The notes beneath the pieces are model-generated. The model was given only the letters and a program-made list of their open reading frames with translations. It had not been told where the DNA came from and did not search any database. Shown here piece after piece: positions 9,668 to 18,137 of a stretch of DNA of 64,000 bases. The position numbers and the translations under genes were made by a program. Origin of the DNA: an uncultured Micavibrio sp. (GTDB lineage: Bacteria; Pseudomonadota; Alphaproteobacteria; Micavibrionales; Micavibrionaceae). The stretch's first letter is position 1. Each line of letters starts with the position of its first letter. The stretch is taken from positions 14,554 to 78,553 of the forward strand of contig CAZIFA010000009.1 in the NCBI GenBank assembly GCA_964539025.1, given 5' to 3'.

Positions 9668-9811
9668 AGTCCTCTCCCATGGGGAGAGGATTTAGGTGAG
9701 GGGGTTCGATGGTGCTTTATTGGTGAGGTTCTAAACCCTCACCCCCTGCCTACACCGAAGCGAAGCTCCGGCTTCGCGCAGGCAGGCTGCCCTCTCCCTC
9801 AGGGAGAGGGG
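9668..9811. repeat. Repeat family E, composite copy
   Basis: AGTCCTCTCCCATGGGGAGAGGATTTAGGTGAGGGGG ... CCCTCACCCC ... CCCTCTCCCTCAGGGAGAGGG, i.e. three nested hairpins. Related copies lie at 52467 and 54951. Confidence 0.8.
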
Positions 9812-9826
9812 GTTGTAGCCTGTGCC

Positions 9827-10072
9827 ATGACATATTATGCTGGCATTATGAAACAGACTCGCGAATATAAAGTCATTCTCTACCGTGAAGGCATGCTCGG
9901 CTCCCTCTTTCTGGGCAGTTCGAAGGTCGATCCCGAACGCTTCACCGAATTCCTCAACCGCAACGCCGAACAAGGCTGGCGCGTCGTGACGATGGAAAAA
10001 GAATCCCGCCGCATGCTCCTCTTTTTTGATCGTGAAGCCTTCCTTGTCGTCTTGGAACGGGAGAAACAATAA
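9827..10072 (+). CDS. DUF4177 domain-containing protein
   Basis: 81 aa. 'YKVILYREGMLGSLFLGSSKVDPERFTEFLNRNAEQGWRVV' fits my recollection of the DUF4177 pattern. Confidence 0.6.
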   Translation: MTYYAGIMKQTREYKVILYREGMLGSLFLGSSKVDPERFTEFLNRNAEQGWRVVTMEKESRRMLLFFDREAFLVVLEREKQ

Positions 10073-10290
10073 TGAACCTGCACCGCGCCCTTATCTATTT
10101 CATCATAGGCCTTGCCGTCACGGGCGCGGCGCTCGTCATCCTGCAAATCTGGGGGGTCGATCTCGGCGATCTGCTCTACAAGCTTCTGGCGACGATCGGC
10201 GTTCTGATCCTCCTCGCCGGATTCCTGCTCGTCGTCAAATCGGATTTTGGCGAACACAAACGCCTTAAAGACAATAATTTCATCGATTAA
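10072..10290 (+). CDS. small membrane protein (2 TM)
   Basis: TAATG overlap with the upstream gene. 72 aa with two hydrophobic helices. Confidence 0.5.
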   Translation: MNLHRALIYFIIGLAVTGAALVILQIWGVDLGDLLYKLLATIGVLILLAGFLLVVKSDFGEHKRLKDNNFID

Positions 10291-10302
10291 AGGGACGCGT
10301 TC

Positions 10303-10893
10303 ATGGCCGGTCAGAAGCTTCCGCTTGATGTCACCATGAAGGCCCGCATGCGCATCGTCGTGGCGATTAGTTGGGATGAGCGCGTAAAAAAAACCACTTT
10401 CATAGATAAGATCACTGGCAAGGATCAACAACACGATCTCGATATCTCCTGTTTCGTGTATGACGATGCTGGCGAATATATCGATTTCGTCGGGCCGATG
10501 GCGCAGGATTCAATGGACCAGACGGGCTGCATCTACCACAGCGGCGATGACGCGACCGGACAAGGCAGCGGCGACGATGAGTTCATCTCGCTGGAACTGG
10601 CGGGCCTGCCGGGCGACACGGACCAAATTGTCTTTGTCACCGAGATCCGCTCCGACCATATGTTCGCCGATGTGGATGCCCCGTCCATGCGGATTGCCGA
10701 CGGCATGACCGATAAAAACCTCGCCGAATTCGAAATGGCCAAAACGGAAGGAAAGGACCGGACCGCCTGCGTCATGGCGCGGATTTTCCGCCATAAATCC
10801 TCCCCAACCGGCTGGGGCGTCGAAATTATCGACCAATATCCGGACCTTGCGGACGTATCCGACTGGGGTTCTTACTTAAAACGCTATCTTTAG
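10303..10893 (+). CDS. TerD-family stress protein
   Basis: 196 aa. 'DLDISCFVYDDAG', 'GDDATGQGSGDDEFISLEL' and 'IVFVTEI' match TerD-domain Ca-binding motifs. Confidence 0.75.
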   Translation: MAGQKLPLDVTMKARMRIVVAISWDERVKKTTFIDKITGKDQQHDLDISCFVYDDAGEYIDFVGPMAQDSMDQTGCIYHSGDDATGQGSGDDEFISLELAGLPGDTDQIVFVTEIRSDHMFADVDAPSMRIADGMTDKNLAEFEMAKTEGKDRTACVMARIFRHKSSPTGWGVEIIDQYPDLADVSDWGSYLKRYL

Positions 10894-10930
10894 TTGATCC
10901 GGCCCATAAGTTCTGTTAATTCATTGGCTT

Positions 10931-10945
10931 GTGCGGAGCTGTGGC
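10931..10945 (+). repeat. 15-bp duplicate of the tRNA-Ser 5' end
   Basis: TGCGGAGCTGTGGCC occurs at 10931-10945 and again at 10994-11008, where it forms the tRNA acceptor and D-stem start. Confidence 0.85.
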
Positions 10946-10996
10946 CCCGTCCGCGAAGGCGGACAAATCTAAACCGAGGCCACGGATACGCGCTGC

Positions 10997-11088
10997 GGAG
11001 CTGTGGCCGAGAGGCTGAAGGCAACGGTTTGCTAAATCGTCATACGGGTTATACCGTATCGAGGGTTCGAATCCCTCCGGCTCCGCCA
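10997..11088 (+). tRNA. tRNA-Ser (anticodon GCU)
   Basis: Hand-folded. Acceptor GGAGCTG/CGGCTCC. D arm GCC-GAGAGGCTGAA-GGC. Anticodon stem ACGGT/ATCGT with loop TTGCTAA. Long variable arm. T arm GAGGG-TTCGAAT-CCCTC. Discriminator G, and an encoded CCA. Confidence 0.9.
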
Positions 11089-11129
11089 TTTTTATTGCCT
11101 GCGTTAAGCCTGCTTACGAGGTTTATATT

Positions 11130-12071
11130 ATGAAATATTTTTTATTACTCCTTTCACTTTTCCTGACATCGCTGCCCGCCGCTGCGGCTGAAAAACCGAC
11201 CATCGGCGTTTTGATAAAGTCCCCGACTTACGAATTCTGGAAGACGTTCAAGGACGCGACCGAAGATTACGCCAAAAAGAACGGCATGAATGTTTTTGTC
11301 ATGGGCAGTCTTAATGCCAACGATGCGCAGGAACAGCTCAATCTTTGTGAATCCATGCTGCTCAAAAAACCCGATGCGATGATCGTCGGCGCGGACAATT
11401 TGACCAACCTGCAATCCTGCCTGAAAAAAGCGAGCGCGCAAAAAATCCCGGTGATCGATGTCGATGGCAACATCACCAAGGAAACATCGAAAGAATATAA
11501 TCTCGACGTTAAATTCTCCGTCGCCGCCAACAATAAACTGCTCGGCCAGAAAGCCGCCGAATATCTCAAAGACCGCACTGGCAAAGTGTTAATTCTCGAA
11601 GGTCTGCCGGGTTCCCTGCCCAGCATCTTGCGCAAGGAAGGTTTCGTTGAAAATCTTCCCGAAGGGTTGGAAATTGTCGCTTCCCTCCCCACCGACTGGA
11701 GCCGTCTGAAAGCGGCCGACATCACCGCCGACATTTTACTCAAGCACCCTGATTTAAAAATCATTTTCTCGGTCGCGGACGCCATGGCCTTTGGCGCCTA
11801 TGAAGCCGCCAAACAAGCAAACAAAGCCGATGGCCTGACCATCATCGGCGTCGATGCGAATGCGGATGCCATTCAATCGATCCGCGAAGGCAAAATGGCC
11901 GCAAGCGTGGCGCAGCTCCCTACCCTTATGGCACAGGAAGCACTTGATAAAACGCAACGCTATCTCAAGGGCGAAAAATTCGATTACGAGCAATTCCTGC
12001 CAACGGTTGTTGTTACCAAGGAAATGCTCGAAAAGAATGAAGACCCCGTGCTTCAATATATTCCCCATTAA
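11130..12071 (+). CDS. sugar ABC transporter substrate-binding protein (RbsB/FrcB-like)
   Basis: Signal peptide 'LSLFLTSLPAAAAEKP'. Periplasmic-binding-protein type I layout. It is the first gene of an SBP-permease-ATPase operon. Confidence 0.8.
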   Translation: MKYFLLLLSLFLTSLPAAAAEKPTIGVLIKSPTYEFWKTFKDATEDYAKKNGMNVFVMGSLNANDAQEQLNLCESMLLKKPDAMIVGADNLTNLQSCLKKASAQKIPVIDVDGNITKETSKEYNLDVKFSVAANNKLLGQKAAEYLKDRTGKVLILEGLPGSLPSILRKEGFVENLPEGLEIVASLPTDWSRLKAADITADILLKHPDLKIIFSVADAMAFGAYEAAKQANKADGLTIIGVDANADAIQSIREGKMAASVAQLPTLMAQEALDKTQRYLKGEKFDYEQFLPTVVVTKEMLEKNEDPVLQYIPH

Positions 12072-12074
12072 ACC

Positions 12075-13007
12075 ATGAATCATTATCTCGGGCTAATCAC
12101 CGCTGTTCTTCTGATCCTGTGCGGGATATTCGCGTGCCTGTCGGATGTGTTTCTGAGTTTGAGCAATCTTTCAAATATCCTTCTGGCCTCCAGCACCATT
12201 GGCATTCTTGCCATCGGCGCAGCCTTCGTCATCGGCGGAGCAGGACTGGATTTATCCGTGGGATCGCAAATGGCATTGTCCGCGATGGCCGCTGTGATTG
12301 CGGCAAACACGCTTGCCCTGCCTTGGTATTTTATCCCTCTCCTATGCCTTATTATTGGCGTGCTGACAGGCGGAATAAACGGCTACCTGATCGGCTATCG
12401 CAAGGTTCTGGCGCTGATCGTCACGCTTGGCATGTTGAGCATGGCGCGGGGCGCATCCTTTATTTTCTCGGATGGCCGCCCGGTCTATGGCCTGCCCGAA
12501 CCACTTTTGTTTTTCGGTCAGGGACAGATCGTGGGTATTCCTGTGCCCGTCATGCTTTTCCTTTTGACCGGAATTGCGGTTCATATTCTCCTTCGCCATA
12601 CGGTATTCGGGCGTCATACGCTCGCCATCGGCGATAATGAGAATGCCGCCCGTAATGCCGGGATCGAAATAGCGGGGCATAAACTTTGCCTGTATGTGTT
12701 CTCAGGAATTCTCGCGGCACTGGCAGGGTTGGTTTTCATGGCCCGTGTGAACGCGGCCGATCCCAACGCGGGTGCAATGTATGAACTCACCGCCATCACC
12801 GCAGCCATTATCGGCGGTACATCATTGTTCGGCGGCAGAACGTCGATTGCCGGTGCAATGCTCGGCGCGCTTATCATGGGGGTATTGCAAAACGGCCTCA
12901 GCCTGATGAATGTTCCTGCCTATTATCAACAGGTGGTAATCGGCGCCGTGCTTATTCTCGCTGTCATGGCCGGAAACTGGAAGGCAAAAACTCATGCCCC
13001 AGCTTGA
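12075..13007 (+). CDS. sugar ABC transporter permease (RbsC/FrcC-like)
   Basis: 310 aa, polytopic. 'GGIDLSVGS'-like 'GAGLDLSVGSQMAL' and 'GGTSLFGGR' motifs are typical of the BPD_transp_2 family. Confidence 0.85.
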   Translation: MNHYLGLITAVLLILCGIFACLSDVFLSLSNLSNILLASSTIGILAIGAAFVIGGAGLDLSVGSQMALSAMAAVIAANTLALPWYFIPLLCLIIGVLTGGINGYLIGYRKVLALIVTLGMLSMARGASFIFSDGRPVYGLPEPLLFFGQGQIVGIPVPVMLFLLTGIAVHILLRHTVFGRHTLAIGDNENAARNAGIEIAGHKLCLYVFSGILAALAGLVFMARVNAADPNAGAMYELTAITAAIIGGTSLFGGRTSIAGAMLGALIMGVLQNGLSLMNVPAYYQQVVIGAVLILAVMAGNWKAKTHAPA

Positions 13008-13707
13008 AATCCAATCCATCAACAAACATTACGGCGGCGTGCACGCGCTTAAAGATGTTTCCTTTTCGCTCGATGCCGGAACAGTGCTCGGCTTGGTCGG
13101 TGATAACGGCGCGGGCAAATCAACTCTGATGAAATGCATCACTGGTGCGGAAAATCCCGATAGCGGCCATATCCGCTTCAACGATCATGATGTTTCCCAC
13201 AGGCCGCACGATTCAAGGATGGCCGGCATTGAAATGATCTATCAGGATCTGAACCTGTGCCCGCAACTGAATGTCACGACCAATATATTTTTGGGCCGCG
13301 AAATAAAAACCGCAACCTGTTTCCTGAACGATCGCCTTATGCAGAATAAGGCACAGGAAATCCTGCAACGTCTTAACGCTGATATTCCTATCAACACCCC
13401 GGCTGGACTGCTTTCGGGAGGGCAGCAGCAAGCTGTGGCCATTGCACGCTCCTTGCTCGCGGAACCAAAACTCCTGATCATGGATGAACCGACCGCAGCT
13501 TTAAGCGTGCGCGAAGTCGAAAAGGTTCTGAAACTTATCCAATCACTTAAGGCAAACGGCATCACTGTGGTTATTATTTCCCATCGTTTGAGCGATATTT
13601 TCGAAGTTGCCGACCGTGTAATCTTGATGCGTCGCGGCGAAATTCGTGAAGACAAACCAATTTCTCAAACGTCGTTACAAGATATCACTGAAAAGATGCT
13701 TGCGTAA
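12994..13707 (+). CDS. ABC transporter ATP-binding protein (single NBD)
   Basis: Walker A 'GDNGAGKST', signature 'LSGGQQQ' and Walker B 'LLIMDEPT'. Only 237 aa, so it has one NBD. Confidence 0.9.
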   Translation: MPQLEIQSINKHYGGVHALKDVSFSLDAGTVLGLVGDNGAGKSTLMKCITGAENPDSGHIRFNDHDVSHRPHDSRMAGIEMIYQDLNLCPQLNVTTNIFLGREIKTATCFLNDRLMQNKAQEILQRLNADIPINTPAGLLSGGQQQAVAIARSLLAEPKLLIMDEPTAALSVREVEKVLKLIQSLKANGITVVIISHRLSDIFEVADRVILMRRGEIREDKPISQTSLQDITEKMLA

Positions 13708-13717
13708 GGATGGCCTC

Positions 13718-14920
13718 GTGATCTGCATCATAGGCGGCGGACCCGCAGGGTTAATGGCGGCGGAAATTCTGGCGACCGCCGGACACAGAGTCACGATCTA
13801 TGACCGCAAGACATCCGTCGGTCGAAAATTCCTGATGGCCGGGCGCGGCGGATTGAACTTAACCCACTCTGAATCCCTCGATAAATTTCTGACACGCTAT
13901 AACGAAGCGCAGCCATTCCTTGAACCGCTTATTCGTGCTTTTTCACCGGACGATCTACGCGCATGGTGCGAAGGACTGGGACAAGATACCTTCATCGGCT
14001 CAAGCGGGCGTGTGTTTCCCAAGGCAATGAAAGCCTCGCCATTGCTTCGCGCCTGGTTGAATCGTCTCGAACAATCAGGCGTAGAGTTTAAATTGCAACA
14101 TACTTGGCGCGGATGGAATGAAGATGCAGCGCTTGTCTTTGAAACCACTGACGGAAAATACGAAACCGTAAAACCCGATGCCGTATTACTCGCCCTCGGC
14201 GGGGCGTCATGGCCGAATTTAGGATCGGATGGCGCATGGGCGCCGCTGCTAGATGCTTCCGGCGTTGATATTTCGCCCCTGCGCCCCGCTAATTCCGGTT
14301 TCACCGTAGCCTGGTCGCCCTACATGCGGGAAAAGCACGCAGGCGAGCCACTTAAAAACATCACGCTGACGCTGCGCAATAAGACCGTTCCCGGAGAGAT
14401 GATTATTTCCGAGCACGGCCTCGAAGGTGGCGCAATTTATGCACTCTCTTCTTCCATCCGTGAAACGATTGCCAAAACGGGGAAAGCCGTAATCTCGATC
14501 AACCTACGCCCGCAACAATCAAAAGATGATTTAATCAAAAAACTTTCCAAACCGCGCGGACGGCAATCTTTTTCAACTTATCTTCATAAATCACTTTCGT
14601 TTACCCCCGTTCATACCGCGCTGCTGAGAGAAGCCGTGCCCGACGTTGCAAACTATACATCAGAACAACTCGCCGAATTAATTCAAGCTACGCCGCTTAC
14701 ACTCACTGCGCCTTTTTCCATCGAAAAGGCTATTTCAAGTGCGGGTGGTATACGTCTCGACGCGCTTAACAAAAACATGATGATTAAATCCCTGCCCGGG
14801 ATTTTCGCAGCCGGCGAAATGCTGGATTGGGAAGCGCCGACGGGCGGATATCTGCTACAAGCCTGTTTTGCCACAGGCCGGGCAGCCGCGCACGGCATAC
14901 TCAATTACCTGAAAGACTAA
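13718..14920 (+). CDS. NAD(P)/FAD-dependent oxidoreductase (BaiN/HI0933-like flavoprotein)
   Basis: 'ICIIGGGPAGLMAAE' dinucleotide-binding motif at the N-terminus and 'GEMLDWEAPTGGYLLQ' near the C-terminus. I chose GTG 13718, just after the ABC gene stop at 13707. Confidence 0.75.
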   Translation: MICIIGGGPAGLMAAEILATAGHRVTIYDRKTSVGRKFLMAGRGGLNLTHSESLDKFLTRYNEAQPFLEPLIRAFSPDDLRAWCEGLGQDTFIGSSGRVFPKAMKASPLLRAWLNRLEQSGVEFKLQHTWRGWNEDAALVFETTDGKYETVKPDAVLLALGGASWPNLGSDGAWAPLLDASGVDISPLRPANSGFTVAWSPYMREKHAGEPLKNITLTLRNKTVPGEMIISEHGLEGGAIYALSSSIRETIAKTGKAVISINLRPQQSKDDLIKKLSKPRGRQSFSTYLHKSLSFTPVHTALLREAVPDVANYTSEQLAELIQATPLTLTAPFSIEKAISSAGGIRLDALNKNMMIKSLPGIFAAGEMLDWEAPTGGYLLQACFATGRAAAHGILNYLKD

Positions 14921-14926
14921 AATTTC

Positions 14927-15679
14927 CTATGCCTTGCTCTTGAAATCATCGATGATTTCATCGTGCAGGCGGTGTTCTATAGCGGGCTGCTTATTTGTCG
15001 AATTATCTTCAATCGTATTAACCACGATAATGCGATCGTCCGGATTTTCAACGACACTGTGTACACCTTTCTGTGGACCAGTGTTGATTTGAACGACGGT
15101 CTGCGGCGTACTTTGTAGACTTATTTTTGGCGTCGCAAGCTCTTCAAGTTCTGATTTAATTTTCTGAATGTCTCGTACTACCATGTACGGTGCGCGCGCA
15201 TAGGGCAATCGAATATCTGCAACAAAACGGCAATCGAGTGTGATCTTGCCGTAATTAAAGAAACGACCGAACCATCCCTGATCCACGTGAACGCCGCGTA
15301 CATCGGAAATATCCGTGCCATTTACACGCACATTCAAAAGTCCCGTCTTCATCATAACGCGCTTACTGGTCACAGCAATGACGGTGGTGGCGTATTTCAG
15401 ATATTCCATGATGAGGATAATGCCGCCACAAGATGTCAGCAGCCATCCTATCCACCCTTCCTTCAACCCGCCCTCAAACAACGATGTGTTGAATTGATAG
15501 GTTGGAATATAACTCCCCATATATTTCCACAACACGTAATCCGCCCCCCAGCCCATGGCAGCCAGAACGCCAAACCAGAAAGTCCCGGTGGCCATATAAA
15601 TCCAGTGCAGTCTGGTCTGGCAAATGCCGTGCTCGCCGGGCTCCAGCATGCTTTTCAAAAATCGACCGGGTACGTTCAT
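14927..15679 (-). CDS. membrane protein with bacterial PH (bPH_2/YdbT-like) domain
   Basis: AGGAG RBS. Two TM helices are followed by a 'VIAVTSKRVMMKTGLLNVRVNGTDISDVRGVHVDQGWFGRFFNYGKITL' region typical of membrane-flanked PH domains. Confidence 0.55.
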   Translation of the reverse strand: MNVPGRFLKSMLEPGEHGICQTRLHWIYMATGTFWFGVLAAMGWGADYVLWKYMGSYIPTYQFNTSLFEGGLKEGWIGWLLTSCGGIILIMEYLKYATTVIAVTSKRVMMKTGLLNVRVNGTDISDVRGVHVDQGWFGRFFNYGKITLDCRFVADIRLPYARAPYMVVRDIQKIKSELEELATPKISLQSTPQTVVQINTGPQKGVHSVVENPDDRIIVVNTIEDNSTNKQPAIEHRLHDEIIDDFKSKA

Positions 15680-15775
15680 AACGATCTCCTGTGCTTGCCC
15701 GGGCAGAATAGCCCTTTGCCATGCTTATGTCACGAAGGCTTTGAAAAGGGCTGAAATAATGGCATAATCCGTGGC

Positions 15776-17221
15776 ATGATAAAGTCCACCATCCCGTATT
15801 TTCATTCCATCGATCCAATCCTGACCGATAAGGTTGGCGGAGCCGTAATTCCCATCCGGCTGGTCTGCGGTGCGGATTTTGAGGATATGCACAGCCGTGC
15901 ATCGTCTTCTTTTTCCCGCCAGATGGAACAGGCAGGGTTTGGGGGCAAGGATAAACAGGTCTGCATCCTTCGCGATGAACAAGGTGCGATTGCCGAAATC
16001 CTCGCGGGCGTCACTTTTCCGTTAAGTATTTATGCGCTGGCACATATTCAGGAAAAACTGAAAAGCGAATTCACTTCGGCTTTTTTCAAAGATGTCACAT
16101 TCAAAATAGACCAGGTTCTTTCATCGGATGACGCAACCATGGCCACAATCGGCTGGGGGCTAGCAAGTTATAAATTCGATCTTTATAAAAAAGACAAAGG
16201 CAAAACTCTGCCCATTATGCTCTGGCCCGAAGGCGCAGATAAAAAACGCACCGCCGCCATGGTCGAAGGGTTATGCCTCATCAAGACCTTGATCAACATG
16301 CCGCCCAATCTTCTTGGCACGGATGAACTGGCCGATGCCGCGGCGCAAGTCGCACGGCAAAATCGCGCCGCGTTCTTTCGTATCGCCGATAAGGACCTTA
16401 TTGACCAGAATTTCCCCATGATCTACGCGGTCGGTCAGGCATCACCGCGCAGGCCCCAAATCGTCGAAATCAACTGGGGGGCGGAAGATCATCCAATGGT
16501 CACGCTGGTCGGCAAAGGCATCGTGTTTGACACGGGGGGGCTAGATATAAAGCCACCACCCTTCATGTTGCTGATGAAAAAGGATATGGGCGGGGCCGCA
16601 CATGTTCTGGGGCTAGCTCATGTCATCATGAGTTTGAATTTGCCCGTCCGCCTGCGTGTGTTGATCGCAGCGGCGGAAAACGCTATCGGCGGTGAAGCTT
16701 TCCGTCCCGGCGACATACTATCCAGTCGTAAAGGATTGAGCGTAGAGGTAAGCGATACCGACGCCGAAGGCCGCCTTGTCGTTGGTGACGCTTTAACATA
16801 CGCATCCGAAGGCAATAAAAAACCCGAATTGATTGTCGATTTTTGTACACTCACGGGATCCGCCCGCGCAGCGCTCGGCTATGATATACCCGCGTTCTTT
16901 TCCAATCGCGATGCGTTGCTCGATGAACTCAAAAATCTGGGATTGAAAAACGAAGACCCGGTCTGGCCTTTGCCGCTGTGGCAGCCATACCTAAAAGAAA
17001 TGAACAGCAACGTCGCCGACATCAACAATATCGGTTCCGGCAAGGCTGGCGCGATTCACGGCGCCTTATTCTTGCAACAATTCGTTGATGCCAATATCGA
17101 TTGGATCCACCTTGATTGCTACGCGTGGGAACAATCTGGCAAGCCCGGACGCCCGCAAGGCGGAGCGGATACCGGCATGCGTGCCGTTCTCAAACTCATC
17201 GAAAAGCGGTTTTCTGCTTAA
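15776..17221 (+). CDS. leucyl aminopeptidase family protein (M17)
   Basis: 'VGKGIVFDTGGLDIKP', 'MKKDMGGAAHV' and 'NTDAEGRL'-like 'DTDAEGRLVV' are M17 catalytic motifs. Confidence 0.85.
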   Translation: MIKSTIPYFHSIDPILTDKVGGAVIPIRLVCGADFEDMHSRASSSFSRQMEQAGFGGKDKQVCILRDEQGAIAEILAGVTFPLSIYALAHIQEKLKSEFTSAFFKDVTFKIDQVLSSDDATMATIGWGLASYKFDLYKKDKGKTLPIMLWPEGADKKRTAAMVEGLCLIKTLINMPPNLLGTDELADAAAQVARQNRAAFFRIADKDLIDQNFPMIYAVGQASPRRPQIVEINWGAEDHPMVTLVGKGIVFDTGGLDIKPPPFMLLMKKDMGGAAHVLGLAHVIMSLNLPVRLRVLIAAAENAIGGEAFRPGDILSSRKGLSVEVSDTDAEGRLVVGDALTYASEGNKKPELIVDFCTLTGSARAALGYDIPAFFSNRDALLDELKNLGLKNEDPVWPLPLWQPYLKEMNSNVADINNIGSGKAGAIHGALFLQQFVDANIDWIHLDCYAWEQSGKPGRPQGGADTGMRAVLKLIEKRFSA

Positions 17222-17229
17222 TCCCGGAC

Positions 17230-17262
17230 GTCATTGCGAGGCGCGAAGGGCCGTGACAATCC
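17230..17262. repeat. Half copy of repeat family D
   Basis: GTCATTGCGAGGCGCGAAGGGCCGTGACAATCC matches the left arm of the full element at 33661 (GTCATTGCGAGGAGGCAACGCCGACGAAGCAATCC). Confidence 0.7.
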
Positions 17263-17270
17263 AAATAATA

Positions 17271-17333
17271 AAACCACAGATAAACACCGATGTACGCAGA
17301 TATCCGTGTTTATCTGTGTCCACCTGTGGTTTT
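17271..17333. repeat. Repeat family F hairpin (AAACCACAG...CTGTGGTTT)
   Basis: Inverted repeat AAACCACAGATAAACAC / GTGTTTATCTGTG..CTGTGGTTT followed by a T-run. Lies between the convergent genes ending at 17221 and 17483. Confidence 0.75.
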
Positions 17334-17336
17334 TTT

Positions 17337-17475
17337 AAACGCAAAGGTCGCAAAGTTACGCAAAGTAGAATTTTTAAAACCACAAAGGTCACAAAGTTTA
17401 AACAAAGTTATCATTAAAAAAACTTTGTCTTCCTTTGTTTTACTTTGTGGTTCAAACACTAAAAACTTTGCGTTT
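17337..17475. repeat. Repeat family F, long copy built from CAAAG words
   Basis: AAACGCAAAGGTCGCAAAGTTACGCAAAG...AACCACAAAGGTCACAAAG pairs with CTTTGT...CTTTGTGGTT...CTTTGCGTTT, giving a hairpin of about 139 bp. Confidence 0.7.
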
Positions 17476-17482
17476 AAATCAG

Positions 17483-18067
17483 TCAAACAATCTCATGCAC
17501 ATGCACTTGCGTCGCGTGACGGTTTTCCATCAATTGTTTGGCAAGGCTTTCCTTGATCGGGTCCGGCGTGCGCACCCACAATAAAAGGCCGCCCTGTTCT
17601 AGTTGTTCTTGCACATGACGTGTCGCGCGGTCACCAAGAACCTTGTTGAGAATTGCACCGAGCGAAGCGCCGCTGACACCGCCTATAATTGCCGCCGTAA
17701 TGATCGCGGGAAATGCGACTGCTCCCGCCGTAATAGCCGCCGCCATAGCACCGACATAGGTCGCGCCGCCCACGAGTGCGGCAGAACCGATTGTCTTTTC
17801 CTCCGGTCGTGCGGGCGCCTCTCGCGGCGTGTCCGAATTATCCATCGCGTAATAAGGATTGACCGCTTTAGCGCCAAAAACCTCATCGAGTTCGGCACGC
17901 GACCCCATCACGGAAATATCCTGGCGCGGAAAGGCCGTGCCTTCGAGATCACGGATAGCATCCTGCATATCCTTGGTGTTGGAAAACAAACCGACCACTT
18001 CCTTGAACATGCCGGGAACGTTCGAAGGATCGGCAAAATAATTGGTATCCGGCGATGCATAAATCAT
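17483..18067 (-). CDS. hypothetical membrane-associated protein (Gly/Ala-zipper segment)
   Basis: ATG 18067 (MIYASPD) is preceded by AGGAGG. The central 'GSAALVGGATYVGAMAAAITAGAVAFPAIITAAIIGGVSGASLGAIL' stretch is hydrophobic. Confidence 0.5.
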   Translation of the reverse strand: MIYASPDTNYFADPSNVPGMFKEVVGLFSNTKDMQDAIRDLEGTAFPRQDISVMGSRAELDEVFGAKAVNPYYAMDNSDTPREAPARPEEKTIGSAALVGGATYVGAMAAAITAGAVAFPAIITAAIIGGVSGASLGAILNKVLGDRATRHVQEQLEQGGLLLWVRTPDPIKESLAKQLMENRHATQVHVHEIV

Positions 18068-18137
18068 GAAAAGCCTCCTGATGGTTCTGCCCGCTAGAGG
18101 CGCAAACGATCTCAATGGGCTTTAAGTTCCGGGTGAT

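Noticed and set aside
10894-11133. 79-aa ORF covering the tRNA-Ser region
   Set aside because: It is fully explained by the tRNA gene and its upstream duplicate, starts with a non-ATG codon and has no RBS.
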